Assembly (NCBI GenBank): GCA_031416075.1
Contig: JANOSY010000066.1
Coordinates: 1 to 36,527 of the forward strand
Length of the DNA stretch: 36,527 bases
Direction: 5' to 3'
DNA from: Candidatus Tenderia sp.
Lineage (GTDB): Bacteria; Pseudomonadota; Gammaproteobacteria; Tenderiales; Tenderiaceae
Shown: positions 1 through 9,366 of the stretch, in pieces
Numbering within the stretch: the first letter of the stretch is position 1
Layout of the letters: every line of letters starts with the position of its first letter
Notes under the pieces: model-generated
What the model was told of the DNA's origin: nothing
Database searches by the model: none
The model's input: only the letters and a program-made list of their open reading frames with translations
Program-made: the position numbers and the translations under genes

Positions 1-136
1 TCGTTTGCCTGGATTGAAAAATGTCGGAGGTTATGGAAAAACTGCGAACGACAACTCAATACCAGCCTGCAATTTGTGAATCTGGCTTTCCTCGTGCTGC
101 TCTTGAGAAGAAGTCAGAAAGATTTGGAATAGGCTC
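1..136 (+). mobile_element. 3' end of an IS5-family transposase with right end, truncated by the window edge
   Basis: Frame 1 translates SFAWIEKCRRLWKNCERQLNTSLQFVNLAFLVLLLRRSQKDLE* (stop 130-132), resembling the (ER)SFAW-xxxRRL-ER C-terminus of IS5-family transposases. It ends in ...AGGCTC followed by TTA, a possible target triplet. Confidence 0.7.
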
Positions 137-139
137 TTA

Positions 140-343
140 GGACGGCAGCGTACTTTGCAAAGGAGAGTCTGTGAAGTACGCATCCATCAAGCAGCATCGG
201 GAAATATTTTCTGTCAGTCGCCAGTGCGCTGTGCTGGGCGTCTCCCGCAGCGGCTATTACGAATGGCTGGGGCGGCCAGAGAGCACCCGCCGTCGAGAAG
301 AACAGCGCTTGGGGGCGGCGGTTTTCAAGCGAGTTGTCGCCTC
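140..343 (+). pseudogene. IS3-family fragment: orfA C-terminus and orfB N-terminus
   Basis: TAAYFAKESL* (stop 172-174) overlaps a GTG at 171 starting KYASIKQHREIFSVSRQCAVLGVSRSGYYEW, the typical IS3 OrfB N-terminus. Similarity is lost after about 340. Confidence 0.8.
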
Positions 344-359
344 AAGTTTAAAAATACTT

Positions 360-441
360 AACTACCACCTACTTAAAGTAGGTGGGTTTGCGCAGCTGGG
401 TGCAGACGACTAAAGTCGTCTAACCGCACCCAGCTAAACGC
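360..441. repeat. Double hairpin resembling an IS200/IS605-family end or derived MITE
   Basis: CCACCTACT-TAA-AGTAGGTGG (365-385). AGCTGGGTGC (394-403) pairs with GCACCCAGCT (426-435) and encloses AGACGACT-AA-AGTCGTCT (404-421). Confidence 0.55.
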
Positions 442-513
442 GTATGTAACTGCTGTCTTGATCCAAAAGTATGGAAATGGAATAAAGCCCAGTATCTCTG
501 CTGACCACATCAA

Positions 514-1530
514 TCACTGCGGTTTTGAATTAATCAACTCCACGGTCACTTCATTCTGACACTGCCCTGCTTCCTCAAACAGACTGATGTTTTGGAGTGT
601 GGTTTGGGCGATGTTCAACATGGCCTCTCTGGTAAAAAATCCTTGATGCCCTGTGATCAACACATTTGGGAATGTCAGCAGGCGTTGAAAGACATCATCC
701 TGTATCACTTGGTCTGATAAATCATGGAAGAATAGATCGCCTTCCTGTTCATATACATCCAACCCAAGATGGCCAATGTGACCGGATTTGAGCGCGGCGA
801 CCACTGCACTCGCATCCACCACTCCACCACGACTGGTATTAATGAGCATGACACCACGTTTCATCTGACTCAACGCGGTAGCGTCAATCAGGTGATGGGT
901 CTGTTGGTTGAGTGGGCAATGCAACGTAATGATGTCACTCTCGCGATAGAGCTCGGCGAGTTCTACGTAATTGACTCCCAACGCCTTACATTGATTGTTC
1001 TGAGACACATCATAGGCCAGCAGGCGGCAACCAAATCCAGCCAGAATCTGCGCTACTGCCTGGCCGATACGCCCTGTACCGATGATGCCGACGGTTTGGC
1101 TGTGCAATTCAAAACCCAGCAACCCTTCAAGTGAAAAATTTCCATCACGGATACGATTAAAGGCGCGATGTGTTTTTCGATTGAGTGTAAGCATCAACGC
1201 CAGTGTATGCTCGGCCACGGAATTCGGCGAATAGGCGGGCACCCGCACCACTCGGATTCCATATTTTGCTGCCGCCGCTATATCGACATTGTTAAAACCA
1301 GCACAGCGTAGCGCAACCAGACGCAGGCCATGGCCAGCCATGGTTTTTAGTACACTATCGTTTAAAACATCATTTACAAATGCGCAGACAACCGGAAAGC
1401 CAGTGAAGAGCTGCACGGACTCTTCAGATAAGTGGACATCGAAAAATACCAGCTCATGGTTGAAGCTGGCATTGGCAGCCAACAAAAACTCACGGTCATA
1501 AGATTGAGCGCTGCAAACGGCGATTTTCAT
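514..1530 (-). CDS. ldhA: D-isomer-specific 2-hydroxyacid dehydrogenase (D-lactate dehydrogenase type)
   Basis: Motifs LRCAGFNNVD, VPAYSP, GIIGTGRIG, LINTSRGG, LDVYEQE, TGHQGF. ATG at 1530 follows AAGGAG. Confidence 0.85.
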   Translation of the reverse strand: MKIAVCSAQSYDREFLLAANASFNHELVFFDVHLSEESVQLFTGFPVVCAFVNDVLNDSVLKTMAGHGLRLVALRCAGFNNVDIAAAAKYGIRVVRVPAYSPNSVAEHTLALMLTLNRKTHRAFNRIRDGNFSLEGLLGFELHSQTVGIIGTGRIGQAVAQILAGFGCRLLAYDVSQNNQCKALGVNYVELAELYRESDIITLHCPLNQQTHHLIDATALSQMKRGVMLINTSRGGVVDASAVVAALKSGHIGHLGLDVYEQEGDLFFHDLSDQVIQDDVFQRLLTFPNVLITGHQGFFTREAMLNIAQTTLQNISLFEEAGQCQNEVTVELINSKPQ

Positions 1531-1628
1531 GCCCACTCTCCTTCTCTAATATGTCGCTTAAGCGGTTGATTCACTGCCTTCAAAGGCACAACCCGATTTG
1601 AACCAGCATACCACGCTCATCCAGCCAT

Positions 1629-1662
1629 AAAAAAAGCCCGGTTAACACTGGGTCAACCGGGC
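1629..1662 (-). terminator. Intrinsic terminator of ssb
   Basis: GCCCGGTT/AACCGGGC stem followed by T7 on the minus strand. Confidence 0.8.
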
Positions 1663-1692
1663 CGCTCTACGTTTTATAAAATTCAGAATGTA

Positions 1693-2187
1693 TTAAAAGG
1701 GAATATCGTCGTCGAAGTCATCAAAGCCGTTGTTATTACCACTGCTCGGGGCGGGGGTCGCCGGTGCCTGCTTTTTTGGTGCGTTGTACTGTGGCTGGCT
1801 GCTGCCCTGTGACGAGCTATCAAAATCAGAGGAGCCACCGCCGCCGCCACTGCGACCGCCCAACATCTGCAGCTCGCTGGCTACAATCTCGGTGGTATAT
1901 TTATCCTGGCCCTGCTGGTCCTGCCACTTCCGGGTCTGTAATTTACCTTCAATATAGACCTGCGAACCCTTTTTCAGGTACTCACCTGCAATCTCACCCA
2001 AACGACCAAACATGACAACACGATGCCATTCGGTCTGCTCTTTCTGCTCGCCAGATGTTTTATCTTTCCAGCTTTCAGAGGTGGCTATTGTCAAATTGGC
2101 CACCGCACCACCGCTGGGCATGTAACGAACTTCAGGGTCCTTACCCAGATTACCTACTAAAATTACCTTGTTAATGCCGCGCGCCAT
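1693..2187 (-). CDS. ssb: Single-stranded DNA-binding protein
   Basis: [20 protein letters not shown]-terminus and DDDIPF C-terminus. Confidence 0.98.
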   Translation of the reverse strand: MARGINKVILVGNLGKDPEVRYMPSGGAVANLTIATSESWKDKTSGEQKEQTEWHRVVMFGRLGEIAGEYLKKGSQVYIEGKLQTRKWQDQQGQDKYTTEIVASELQMLGGRSGGGGGSSDFDSSSQGSSQPQYNAPKKQAPATPAPSSGNNNGFDDFDDDIPF

Positions 2188-2361
2188 GGATAACTCCTAA
2201 ACTCTGTTGATGAATACATACCCGGACGGACACACCGGGGAATTGCCAGTGCTGTATGATCACATTTTTCCGCCCTATTTGCCATGACTGAGAGGCTCCA
2301 CGCCCTGCCCCCTCGCCTACCAGTCAGTAGAGGGGCCATATACACCCATAGCGCCGGGGTA

Positions 2362-2652
2362 TTAGCCGTGCAGTGCCTTGATGCGACGATCCATCACAAA
2401 GCTGGCAAACGGGATCATTGAGGCCAGGAAGACCATAAACGAAAAACGGTCTGTCCAGGCGTGGCGCTGGCTGACAACGATCAAGACTCCGCTAAACACT
2501 AGAAACAGCCCGCCGTGGGCGGCCCCCGCCAGTGAGACGGCCTCGGGCATGCCGTAGTGATATTTAAGTGGCATGGCGACAAACAGCAATGCCAATAGTG
2601 AAATACCTTCCAGGATGGCAACCATTCGTAGCCACGTGACCATATTCTTCAT
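2362..2652 (-). CDS. DUF3817-like small membrane protein
   Basis: LEGISLLALLFVAMPLKY...HGGLF...SMIPF pattern, three hydrophobic segments, G-rich RBS. Confidence 0.8.
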   Translation of the reverse strand: MKNMVTWLRMVAILEGISLLALLFVAMPLKYHYGMPEAVSLAGAAHGGLFLVFSGVLIVVSQRHAWTDRFSFMVFLASMIPFASFVMDRRIKALHG

Positions 2653-2759
2653 ATACCCCTCCCCCTCTTCATATAACAGAAAGGGGTTGCGCTACTCCTC
2701 CCCAGAAGCGCCACAACCCCAGTAAAAGTACCCCATTCAACCACAGAAGGGTGGATGAA

Positions 2760-3992
2760 TCAACGCTGTTGCAACCACTCCAGCACCCCATATCCGGCAC
2801 GCCGGCCGGTAGCAAAACTGGCTGTGAATAGATATCCCCCCGTGGGGGCCTCCCAGTCCAACATCTCACCAGCACAAAAAATACCGGGCAGCGACCGGAG
2901 CATCAATCGTCCATCAAGGGCATCAAAACAGACACCACCGGCACTGCTGATCGCCTCATCAAGCGGACGTGTGGCCAGTAGGCGTAGCGGTAACGCTTTG
3001 ATAGCTCTGGCCAAATACCCTGGATCGGCAAGCTCAGCCACGGAGAGTTGTTCCCGCAGCAGCCCCGCCTTCACCCCTTCAATACCGGCGCGGCTGCGTA
3101 GATGTTTGGCCATGGAGTTGGAGCCGCGTGGTTTGGATAACTCTCTCAGCAGCCGTGTTTCACTCCGCCCCGGTGCCAGATCAAGATGCAATGTGGCGCT
3201 GCCATATTTCATAACCCCATCGCGCAACGGTGCTGACAAGGCATAGATCAGCCCCCCTTCAATGCCCGTGGCCGTGACCATCATCTCACCCTGCTGCTGC
3301 ACACCATCCAAGCTGGCCACAACCGATTTCACTGCATACCCGGCAAACCGCTCACTAAAGTGGTCGCTCCAGCCCACCTCAAAACCGCTGTTGGCGGGCA
3401 GCAGTGGTGCCACCGCCACCCCACGCGCCGCAAGCAACGGCAGCCAGGCACCGTCAGACCCGAGCTTGGCCCAACTCCCGCCGCCCAGTGCCATCACCAC
3501 TGCATCGTGCTCTGCCAGCAGCTCACCGGCGGATGTATCAAACCTCAACAACCCCTCCTCCGTCCAGCCGACCCAGCGATGGCGTACGTGGAAACGTACC
3601 CCCGCCTGGCGCAATCGGTGCAGCCAGGCACGTAAAAAAGGCGCGGCCTTAAAGTCGACAGGAAAGACACGTCGTGATGTCCCTACAAACGTCTGTATGC
3701 CGAGGGCGTGAAGCCACGCCTGCAGCTCATCAGGGCCAAACAGATCAAGCATCGGCTTAAGTAGCTGTTGGCGGTTACCATAGCGGCTGACAAATAGCTC
3801 ATACGGCTCTGAGTGTGTGATGTTCATGCCACCTCTGCCAGCAATCAGCAGCTTGCGCCCCACCGAGGGCATGGCGTCATACAGCGCCACGTTCAAGCCC
3901 GCAGACACCAATACCTCTGCCGCCATCAATCCAGCGGGACCACCGCCAATAATGGCGACGGAGTGGCCGGGCGTTTGCGGGGATGTTGTCAA
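2760..3992 (-). CDS. HI0933/BaiN-family flavoprotein (TIGR03862 type)
   Basis: IIGGGPAGLMAA, GRKLLIAGRGGMNITHSE, AISSAGGV, AGEMLDWEAPTGGYL. Confidence 0.88.
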   Translation of the reverse strand: MTTSPQTPGHSVAIIGGGPAGLMAAEVLVSAGLNVALYDAMPSVGRKLLIAGRGGMNITHSEPYELFVSRYGNRQQLLKPMLDLFGPDELQAWLHALGIQTFVGTSRRVFPVDFKAAPFLRAWLHRLRQAGVRFHVRHRWVGWTEEGLLRFDTSAGELLAEHDAVVMALGGGSWAKLGSDGAWLPLLAARGVAVAPLLPANSGFEVGWSDHFSERFAGYAVKSVVASLDGVQQQGEMMVTATGIEGGLIYALSAPLRDGVMKYGSATLHLDLAPGRSETRLLRELSKPRGSNSMAKHLRSRAGIEGVKAGLLREQLSVAELADPGYLARAIKALPLRLLATRPLDEAISSAGGVCFDALDGRLMLRSLPGIFCAGEMLDWEAPTGGYLFTASFATGRRAGYGVLEWLQQR

Positions 3993-4035
3993 AAATCACC
4001 TACTAAAATGAAAGGCCTTAGTAATGGATTCAACA

Positions 4036-4806
4036 TCACTGCTTACGAGTGAATACCCACTGGTTTTCGTTACTAAGCTTGGCATTAAAGGAGTACCCCT
4101 CCAGCGCAAACTTCTGTAGTGCGGCTGGCTCAGTGATGCGCTGCTGGATGATGTAACGGCTCATCAATCCACGGGCACGTTTGGCGTAAACGCCCATCAT
4201 CTTATAGCTGCCATCTTTATAATCTTTAAATTCCGGGGTGATAATCTGCGCCTGCAACAGGGCAGGCTTGACGGTCTTGAAGTACTCGTTGGAGGCCAGA
4301 TTGATCAACGTTTCGGAACCGATCTGCTGCAGCTGCTGGTTCAACCCCTGGGTAATCGTCTCGCCCCAAAACGCGTACAGATTTTTACCACGCTCGGTAT
4401 CGATTTTACGCCCCATCTCAAGGCGATAGGGCTGCATCAGGTCCAGTGGCCGCAACAGGCCATAGAGGCCCGACAGGATACGCAGATGCGCCTGGGCAAA
4501 CTCAATATCCTCAGCACTCAGACTCTCGGCAGAGAGGCCACCATATACATCCCCCTTAAAGGCAAACAGCGCCTGCCGGGCATTACCCAGCGTAAAAGGG
4601 GTTCGCCAATGCTGGAAGCGCTCAACATTTAATGCCGCTATCTTGGCGCTGACCGCCATCACCTCCATTAAATCAAGCTCAGAGTAGCGGCGCGCCCGCT
4701 CAACCAGCTGCCTGGAGTCCTTGAGATAGGCTGGCATTGAGTGTGACGCAGTACTCACCGGGGTTTCATAATCCAGGGTTTTAGCTGGCGAGATCACTAA
4801 CAGCAT
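4036..4806 (-). CDS. yaaA: Peroxide stress protein YaaA
   Basis: MLLVISPAKTLDY, FKGDVY, ILSGLYGLLRPLD, YRLEMG, NLASNEY, AKRARG. Confidence 0.95.
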   Translation of the reverse strand: MLLVISPAKTLDYETPVSTASHSMPAYLKDSRQLVERARRYSELDLMEVMAVSAKIAALNVERFQHWRTPFTLGNARQALFAFKGDVYGGLSAESLSAEDIEFAQAHLRILSGLYGLLRPLDLMQPYRLEMGRKIDTERGKNLYAFWGETITQGLNQQLQQIGSETLINLASNEYFKTVKPALLQAQIITPEFKDYKDGSYKMMGVYAKRARGLMSRYIIQQRITEPAALQKFALEGYSFNAKLSNENQWVFTRKQ

Positions 4807-5020
4807 ATTAACTCACAACCGTTCAATTGATGATCTTGCATTATAAAGTCAGTGCCCCCATAGGTGTCGGCGAATCGTCCATTAATCACAAAAAACCTGA
4901 ATCATTGGTAACTGGCAATGGTTTGCATAGAAGATCACAATGGTAAAAACCGTGAATAAACGTGTCATTTAACGGCTGAAAATAGTATCGTGGCGGGGTA
5001 TATAGCCACGTTAAATAAAA

Positions 5021-5572
5021 ATGCACCGACAAGACCTGCTTAATTTACTCGCGCGTTACAAAACAGCACATATGGAAGAGGCCGCCATGGTTGAGCGTAC
5101 TCGCCGTTTTGTGATGCAGCACCCCAACTGTTTTGACCGCACACTGTTCACTGGCCACGTTACTGGCTCTTCCTGGGTAGTGAATCCAGCACGTACACAC
5201 GTGCTCATGATGCTGCACCGCAAGCTCAACCGCTGGTTACAACTTGGTGGCCATGCCGACGGCGAATCCGATATTGTGCAGGTGGTATTAAAAGAGACGG
5301 CAGAAGAGTCCGGTGTCGACATCCACGCATTTACGCTGGTGAGAAATGAGATCTTTGATGTGGATGTACATATCGTGCATGCCAATCAGCATGACCCGCG
5401 CCATGAACATTTTGACATCCGCTTTCTGCTTGAACTTGATGATTCAATCCCGCTGCCGGGCAATGATGAGTCACACCAGATCGGCTGGGCAGCACTGGAA
5501 CAGGTACCCCGCCTCAACAACGCCCGTTCCCTCTACCGCATGGTACAAAAGACACGCCGCCTAGTGTGCTAA
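5021..5572 (+). CDS. NUDIX hydrolase
   Basis: GHVTGS, WLQLGGHADGE-x8-KETAEESG Nudix box, HFDIRF. Confidence 0.88.
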   Translation: MHRQDLLNLLARYKTAHMEEAAMVERTRRFVMQHPNCFDRTLFTGHVTGSSWVVNPARTHVLMMLHRKLNRWLQLGGHADGESDIVQVVLKETAEESGVDIHAFTLVRNEIFDVDVHIVHANQHDPRHEHFDIRFLLELDDSIPLPGNDESHQIGWAALEQVPRLNNARSLYRMVQKTRRLVC

Positions 5573-5608
5573 GAGACTCTTCTCAAAAGATCAAGGCGGC
5601 AACGCCCA

Positions 5609-6238
5609 TCACGCATCATCACCGGGCACACCACTAAGACTGCGTATTGCCTCCATCGCTGCATGGGCAGCAACACTAATATCTGCCTCTTTCCCGGCAA
5701 GCGTAAGACGACCAAATGCACCCACGGCACGGCACTCCACCAACGTAATATTGGCGGCCTTTTCGGCCTCATTGGCGGCATAGACGATATAACCTGCCGG
5801 CTCGGTCTCAAGAATAAACATGCTCTGCCCTGGCAGAATCATAGAGCCCTTACGGTCCTGACGATTGATCAGTACGGCATGATCCGGGGTAATCGCCCGC
5901 ACAATTTCACCCCAGGCAACTCGAGCTTTCTGACGTGAGTCTTCTGATGTACCAAGCTGGTTCAGCACCGCACGGCCCGCTTCAATCACATCACTCTGAT
6001 CACGGTGATGGAATACCATCGAACCAAAGGCACGCTCCACCACCTGCTGGCCAAGATGAACACGTGTAGCCTTGAGCGCGATATCACTCAGGCGATGAAT
6101 AGCCATACCCGGCGCAACCTCAAGCCAGAGGCAAGCATCACCAGGAACAGGTAAAAATCCTTGCGACACACTTCCCAGATAGACCGCAAGCTGCGGCTGC
6201 AGGGAGTCAATAAAAACATAGGTCCGTAACTTAATCAT
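5609..6238 (-). CDS. csoS1D: Tandem-BMC carboxysome shell protein CsoS1D
   Basis: [51 protein letters not shown]. Located at the end of the cso locus. Confidence 0.93.
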   Translation of the reverse strand: MIKLRTYVFIDSLQPQLAVYLGSVSQGFLPVPGDACLWLEVAPGMAIHRLSDIALKATRVHLGQQVVERAFGSMVFHHRDQSDVIEAGRAVLNQLGTSEDSRQKARVAWGEIVRAITPDHAVLINRQDRKGSMILPGQSMFILETEPAGYIVYAANEAEKAANITLVECRAVGAFGRLTLAGKEADISVAAHAAMEAIRSLSGVPGDDA

Positions 6239-6288
6239 ATAAACCTTTACACACTACTTTTTAGATCTCATCAATTTAATGCAACCGA

Positions 6289-7314
6289 TTAATCAGGTTT
6301 GGACTTAGCGCACGCACGTTCATGGCGCAACGCAAACTGATTATAGAGGTTCAACATTCGCTCACTAATAACAGGCTCGGTTGCCCGCGCAAACTCAAGA
6401 AATGCCTGAGCAATCGGCGACAGCTCCTTGTCATTGTTATGAGCCAGATACCACTTACGTTCGATGGGAAAGCCCTCAACATCAAGCACATCCAAAGGAC
6501 CATTGGCCCCTTCCAATACCAACGTATGCAGTGACGATATCGCCACACCCAGCCCACCTACCACCGCATGTTTAATGGCCTCGTTACTCCCCAGCTCCAT
6601 CCGCACATTAGGCTCCAGCCCTTTTTCATGAAACAGTTTCATAATGGCATCACGGGTGCCCGAGCCCACCTCACGCGAAATAAATGGCTCCTGAGCCAAG
6701 CGCTCGATCGAAATATTGGACTCTTTAGCCAAGGGGTGGTCAGACGACGCCATCACCACCAATGGGTTAGGCGCAAAAGGGTACGCCGTCAGATTCAGTG
6801 ACTTCTCCGGTGGCTGACCCAGGATATAGAGGTCATCATCATTATTCTGGATACGTTCAATAATGCGATAACGATTGGCAACCTTGAGCGAAATGTCCAC
6901 ACCCGGATATAACCGCCAAAAATCGCCCAGGATCTCAGGTGCAAAATATTTAGCTGTCGTAATAACAGCCAGGCGCAAGCGCCCACGATGCAACCCTTTA
7001 AGTCCGGCAATGCGTGTATCAAGGTTCGACAGCGAGTCAAATATTTGCAACACAGCGCGGTATAACGCCTCACCTGCCTCCGTTGGTTTAAGCTGACGCC
7101 CTGACTGGTCCAGCAGCGGCAACTCCATCACATCAGTCAACTTTTTTAACTGAGTGGATACTGTCGGTTGCGTTAAAAAAAGCTCTTCTGCAGCGCGGGT
7201 AAAACTACCCAAGCGCACAATCGCTTCAAATATCTGCATCTGTCTGAAAGTGGTATGGCGAACCAGATAATCTGGCAGACCACCCTTGAATCTGGAACTG
7301 TTCTGCTCAGCCAT
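6289..7314 (-). CDS. cbbR: LysR-family regulator, CbbR type
   Basis: TFRQMQIF..SFTRAAEELFLTQPTVS HTH, TTAKYF, REVGSGTR, SNEAIKHAV. Start is probably the ATG at 7314. Confidence 0.88.
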   Translation of the reverse strand: MAEQNSSRFKGGLPDYLVRHTTFRQMQIFEAIVRLGSFTRAAEELFLTQPTVSTQLKKLTDVMELPLLDQSGRQLKPTEAGEALYRAVLQIFDSLSNLDTRIAGLKGLHRGRLRLAVITTAKYFAPEILGDFWRLYPGVDISLKVANRYRIIERIQNNDDDLYILGQPPEKSLNLTAYPFAPNPLVVMASSDHPLAKESNISIERLAQEPFISREVGSGTRDAIMKLFHEKGLEPNVRMELGSNEAIKHAVVGGLGVAISSLHTLVLEGANGPLDVLDVEGFPIERKWYLAHNNDKELSPIAQAFLEFARATEPVISERMLNLYNQFALRHERACAKSKPD

Positions 7315-7350
7315 TAACAGCCCCACGAGTGTCAGAACGACATCTCATGT

Positions 7351-7671
7351 CTAACGCAATCGCTTATCGAACTTTTCTGGTGTCATCACCATCACATCAG
7401 AGATAAAGACAGTCAGGTGGTAACCTTTACGTAACTTACGCTCAAGGCTTTCCAGCAGGGGTTCCATACGTTCCGGGGAGAGAATCACCTTCACCAGAAT
7501 ATTGCCACCAAAACCAGTCATATCTGATTCCAGGCCAGAAGAACCCTCACCACCTGCACGTATCAACGTATAACCGCTGACACCATATTTTTTAAACATC
7601 AAAACCAAACGCTCTTCCATAGAATCATTGGTAATGATATTCAGCAACTTTTCAGGATACAACTTCACCAT
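7351..7671 (-). CDS. sbtB: PII-like protein SbtB
   Basis: GVSGYT..GGEGS PII-like motif, immediately downstream of sbtA. Confidence 0.8.
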   Translation of the reverse strand: MVKLYPEKLLNIITNDSMEERLVLMFKKYGVSGYTLIRAGGEGSSGLESDMTGFGGNILVKVILSPERMEPLLESLERKLRKGYHLTVFISDVMVMTPEKFDKRLR

Positions 7672-7708
7672 AGATCACCTTCCTTTTAAGCGCATAAACA
7701 AATCAGCT

Positions 7709-8752
7709 TCAAGATGCCATAGCCTGCACCAGATTGTGATAAAGCGGAATCCCAACAACAACATTAAATGGAAAGGTAATACCCAGCGACAGCGTCAAAT
7801 AGAATGAGGGGTTAGCCTCAGGAACCGCCAACCGCATCGCCGGAGGCACCGCGATATACGAAGCACTGGCACCCAACACCGCTACCAACGTAGCGCCACC
7901 AACGCTGAATCCAAGAATACTGTGGCCAACAAACGCGCCCACAACACCACCAATCAGTGGCATAACCACGCCAAAGATTGCCAACACCATACCCACCTGA
8001 CGAAGATCACCTAAGCGCCGCGCGGCCACCATCCCCATCTCAAACAGGAACAGGCAGAGAACCCCCATAAATATCTCTTCGACAAAAGGGGTAAGTTTAG
8101 CCATGCCTGACGGCACGGAGATCGCCCCTATAATCATGGAGCCAATCAATATTACCACACTGCCATTAGTGAAGGCATCACGCAACAAGGCCCCAAAAGT
8201 ATTGTTGCCATGTTTCACATCACTGTAATCATCATCGTCATCATCACTGCCATCAACAACTGCCGCCGACAATTTGTCACCCTTTGCAGCAATGGTCTGT
8301 CTCGCCTTAGCCGCCAGTAACAGACCCACAATAATTGCCGGAGACTCCATCACCGCAAGCATAATCAGCGGGTAGGTCTCGTGAGGAACACCACTGCTAT
8401 CAAGGTAGGCAATAGCGGTTAAAAAAGTACCCGCACTCACAGAACCGTAATGGGCAGAAATTGCAGCAGCATCCAGCGGGCTCACCTTGCGTGTTGCCAG
8501 CAATATCAAATAGCCAATAATAGGCAAACTAAATCCGAGAATTAAAGCCCACACAATAGCGTTAATAGCCGTCATCATATCGGCCGAGGCCAATGCGTGA
8601 CCACCATGGAGGCCAATCGCCATCAAGAGGTAGATGGAGAGAACCTTGGCCAAATCGGGAGGAAAACGAAGATCTGACTTAATCAGCCTAGCAATAACAC
8701 CAAGCGCGAAAAACAGCACTGCAGGCAACAACAGATTACTCAGGCTTGACAT
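7709..8752 (-). CDS. sbtA: Sodium-dependent bicarbonate transporter, SbtA family
   Basis: IKSDL, HYGSVSAGTF, MESPAI, SASYIAVP, SLGITFPFN. About 10 TM segments. Confidence 0.93.
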   Translation of the reverse strand: MSSLSNLLLPAVLFFALGVIARLIKSDLRFPPDLAKVLSIYLLMAIGLHGGHALASADMMTAINAIVWALILGFSLPIIGYLILLATRKVSPLDAAAISAHYGSVSAGTFLTAIAYLDSSGVPHETYPLIMLAVMESPAIIVGLLLAAKARQTIAAKGDKLSAAVVDGSDDDDDDYSDVKHGNNTFGALLRDAFTNGSVVILIGSMIIGAISVPSGMAKLTPFVEEIFMGVLCLFLFEMGMVAARRLGDLRQVGMVLAIFGVVMPLIGGVVGAFVGHSILGFSVGGATLVAVLGASASYIAVPPAMRLAVPEANPSFYLTLSLGITFPFNVVVGIPLYHNLVQAMAS

Positions 8753-8824
8753 ATTAATCCTCCGCGAACTTATTGGCCACTGGTCATAAAGTACCTACAG
8801 TATTTCAACCTGTAGTCGCTGATG

Positions 8825-8867
8825 CCAATCGATAGTTTGAATGCCTTACATTGATGACAATCAACGT
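8825..8867 (-). promoter_or_regulatory. Putative CbbR operator overlapping the -35 of an internal sbtA promoter
   Basis: 29/43 gapless identity with 16654-16696 upstream of cbbL. Minus strand reads TTGGCA-N18-AATACT. Confidence 0.65.
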
Positions 8868-8894
8868 GTCACCAATCGTAATACTACGATCAGC

Positions 8895-9050
8895 TCAGTC
8901 GGGCCAAACCCGGCGGGAAGGAAATCTAACAGTTGTCTCTTCTTTAGTCGTTTTGCTCTGCGGTGCAACCACAGTACTTTTGCTCTTGGCATCAGCGCTT
9001 GGCTTAGACGCTGTATTTGCAGTACTGCTTTCGTTTTTATTAGTGCTCAT
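8895..9050 (-). CDS. mcdB: McdB-like carboxysome positioning/adaptor protein, 51 aa (absent from the ORF track)
   Basis: Manual translation: MSTNKNESSTANTASKPSADAKSKSTVVAPQSKTTKEETTVRFPSRRVWPD*. AAGGA RBS, low-complexity body, C-terminal RVWPD motif. Confidence 0.8.
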   Translation of the reverse strand: MSTNKNESSTANTASKPSADAKSKSTVVAPQSKTTKEETTVRFPSRRVWPD

Positions 9051-9092
9051 CTCGCTTTCCTTCTTTATCACTCATCAATTCAAATTGGTTAG

Positions 9093-9350
9093 TTAAATCG
9101 CAACAGGCACCAGAGCATCAAGTTGACGGGCATACTCAAACAACTCCTCACTCACTTCGTCAGGCTGATCCGGCGATGTCAACGTAATAGAGACATGGGT
9201 ACGCCCAAAACTCATATCCGGATAGTAACCCCGCTGTTCAGACAGCTCGGCCGCTTTGTCAAGAAAGTCCCGTGTCTTCTCGTAGTCAGTAAACTCGAAA
9301 CGACATTCAAGACGCGCCGGACGTTTACGCTCTACCCACTTATCGCTCAT
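9093..9350 (-). CDS. Pterin-4a-carbinolamine dehydratase-like Rubisco assembly factor (acRAF/Raf2 type)
   Basis: W.ERKRPARLECRFEFTDYEKTRDFLD, YPDMSFGRTHVSITL. Lies within the cso locus. Confidence 0.88.
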   Translation of the reverse strand: MSDKWVERKRPARLECRFEFTDYEKTRDFLDKAAELSEQRGYYPDMSFGRTHVSITLTSPDQPDEVSEELFEYARQLDALVPVAI

Positions 9351-9366
9351 GGCTGATGTTCCCCGA

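Noticed and set aside
2204-2219. LexA-like box CTGT-N8-ACAT upstream of ssb
   Set aside because: It lacks the near-invariant terminal G (ACAG), so it is too weak to call.
8841-9096. Plus-strand 81-83 aa ORFs in the sbtA-acRAF gap
   Set aside because: They are antisense shadows of the McdB-like ORF and the sbtA promoter.
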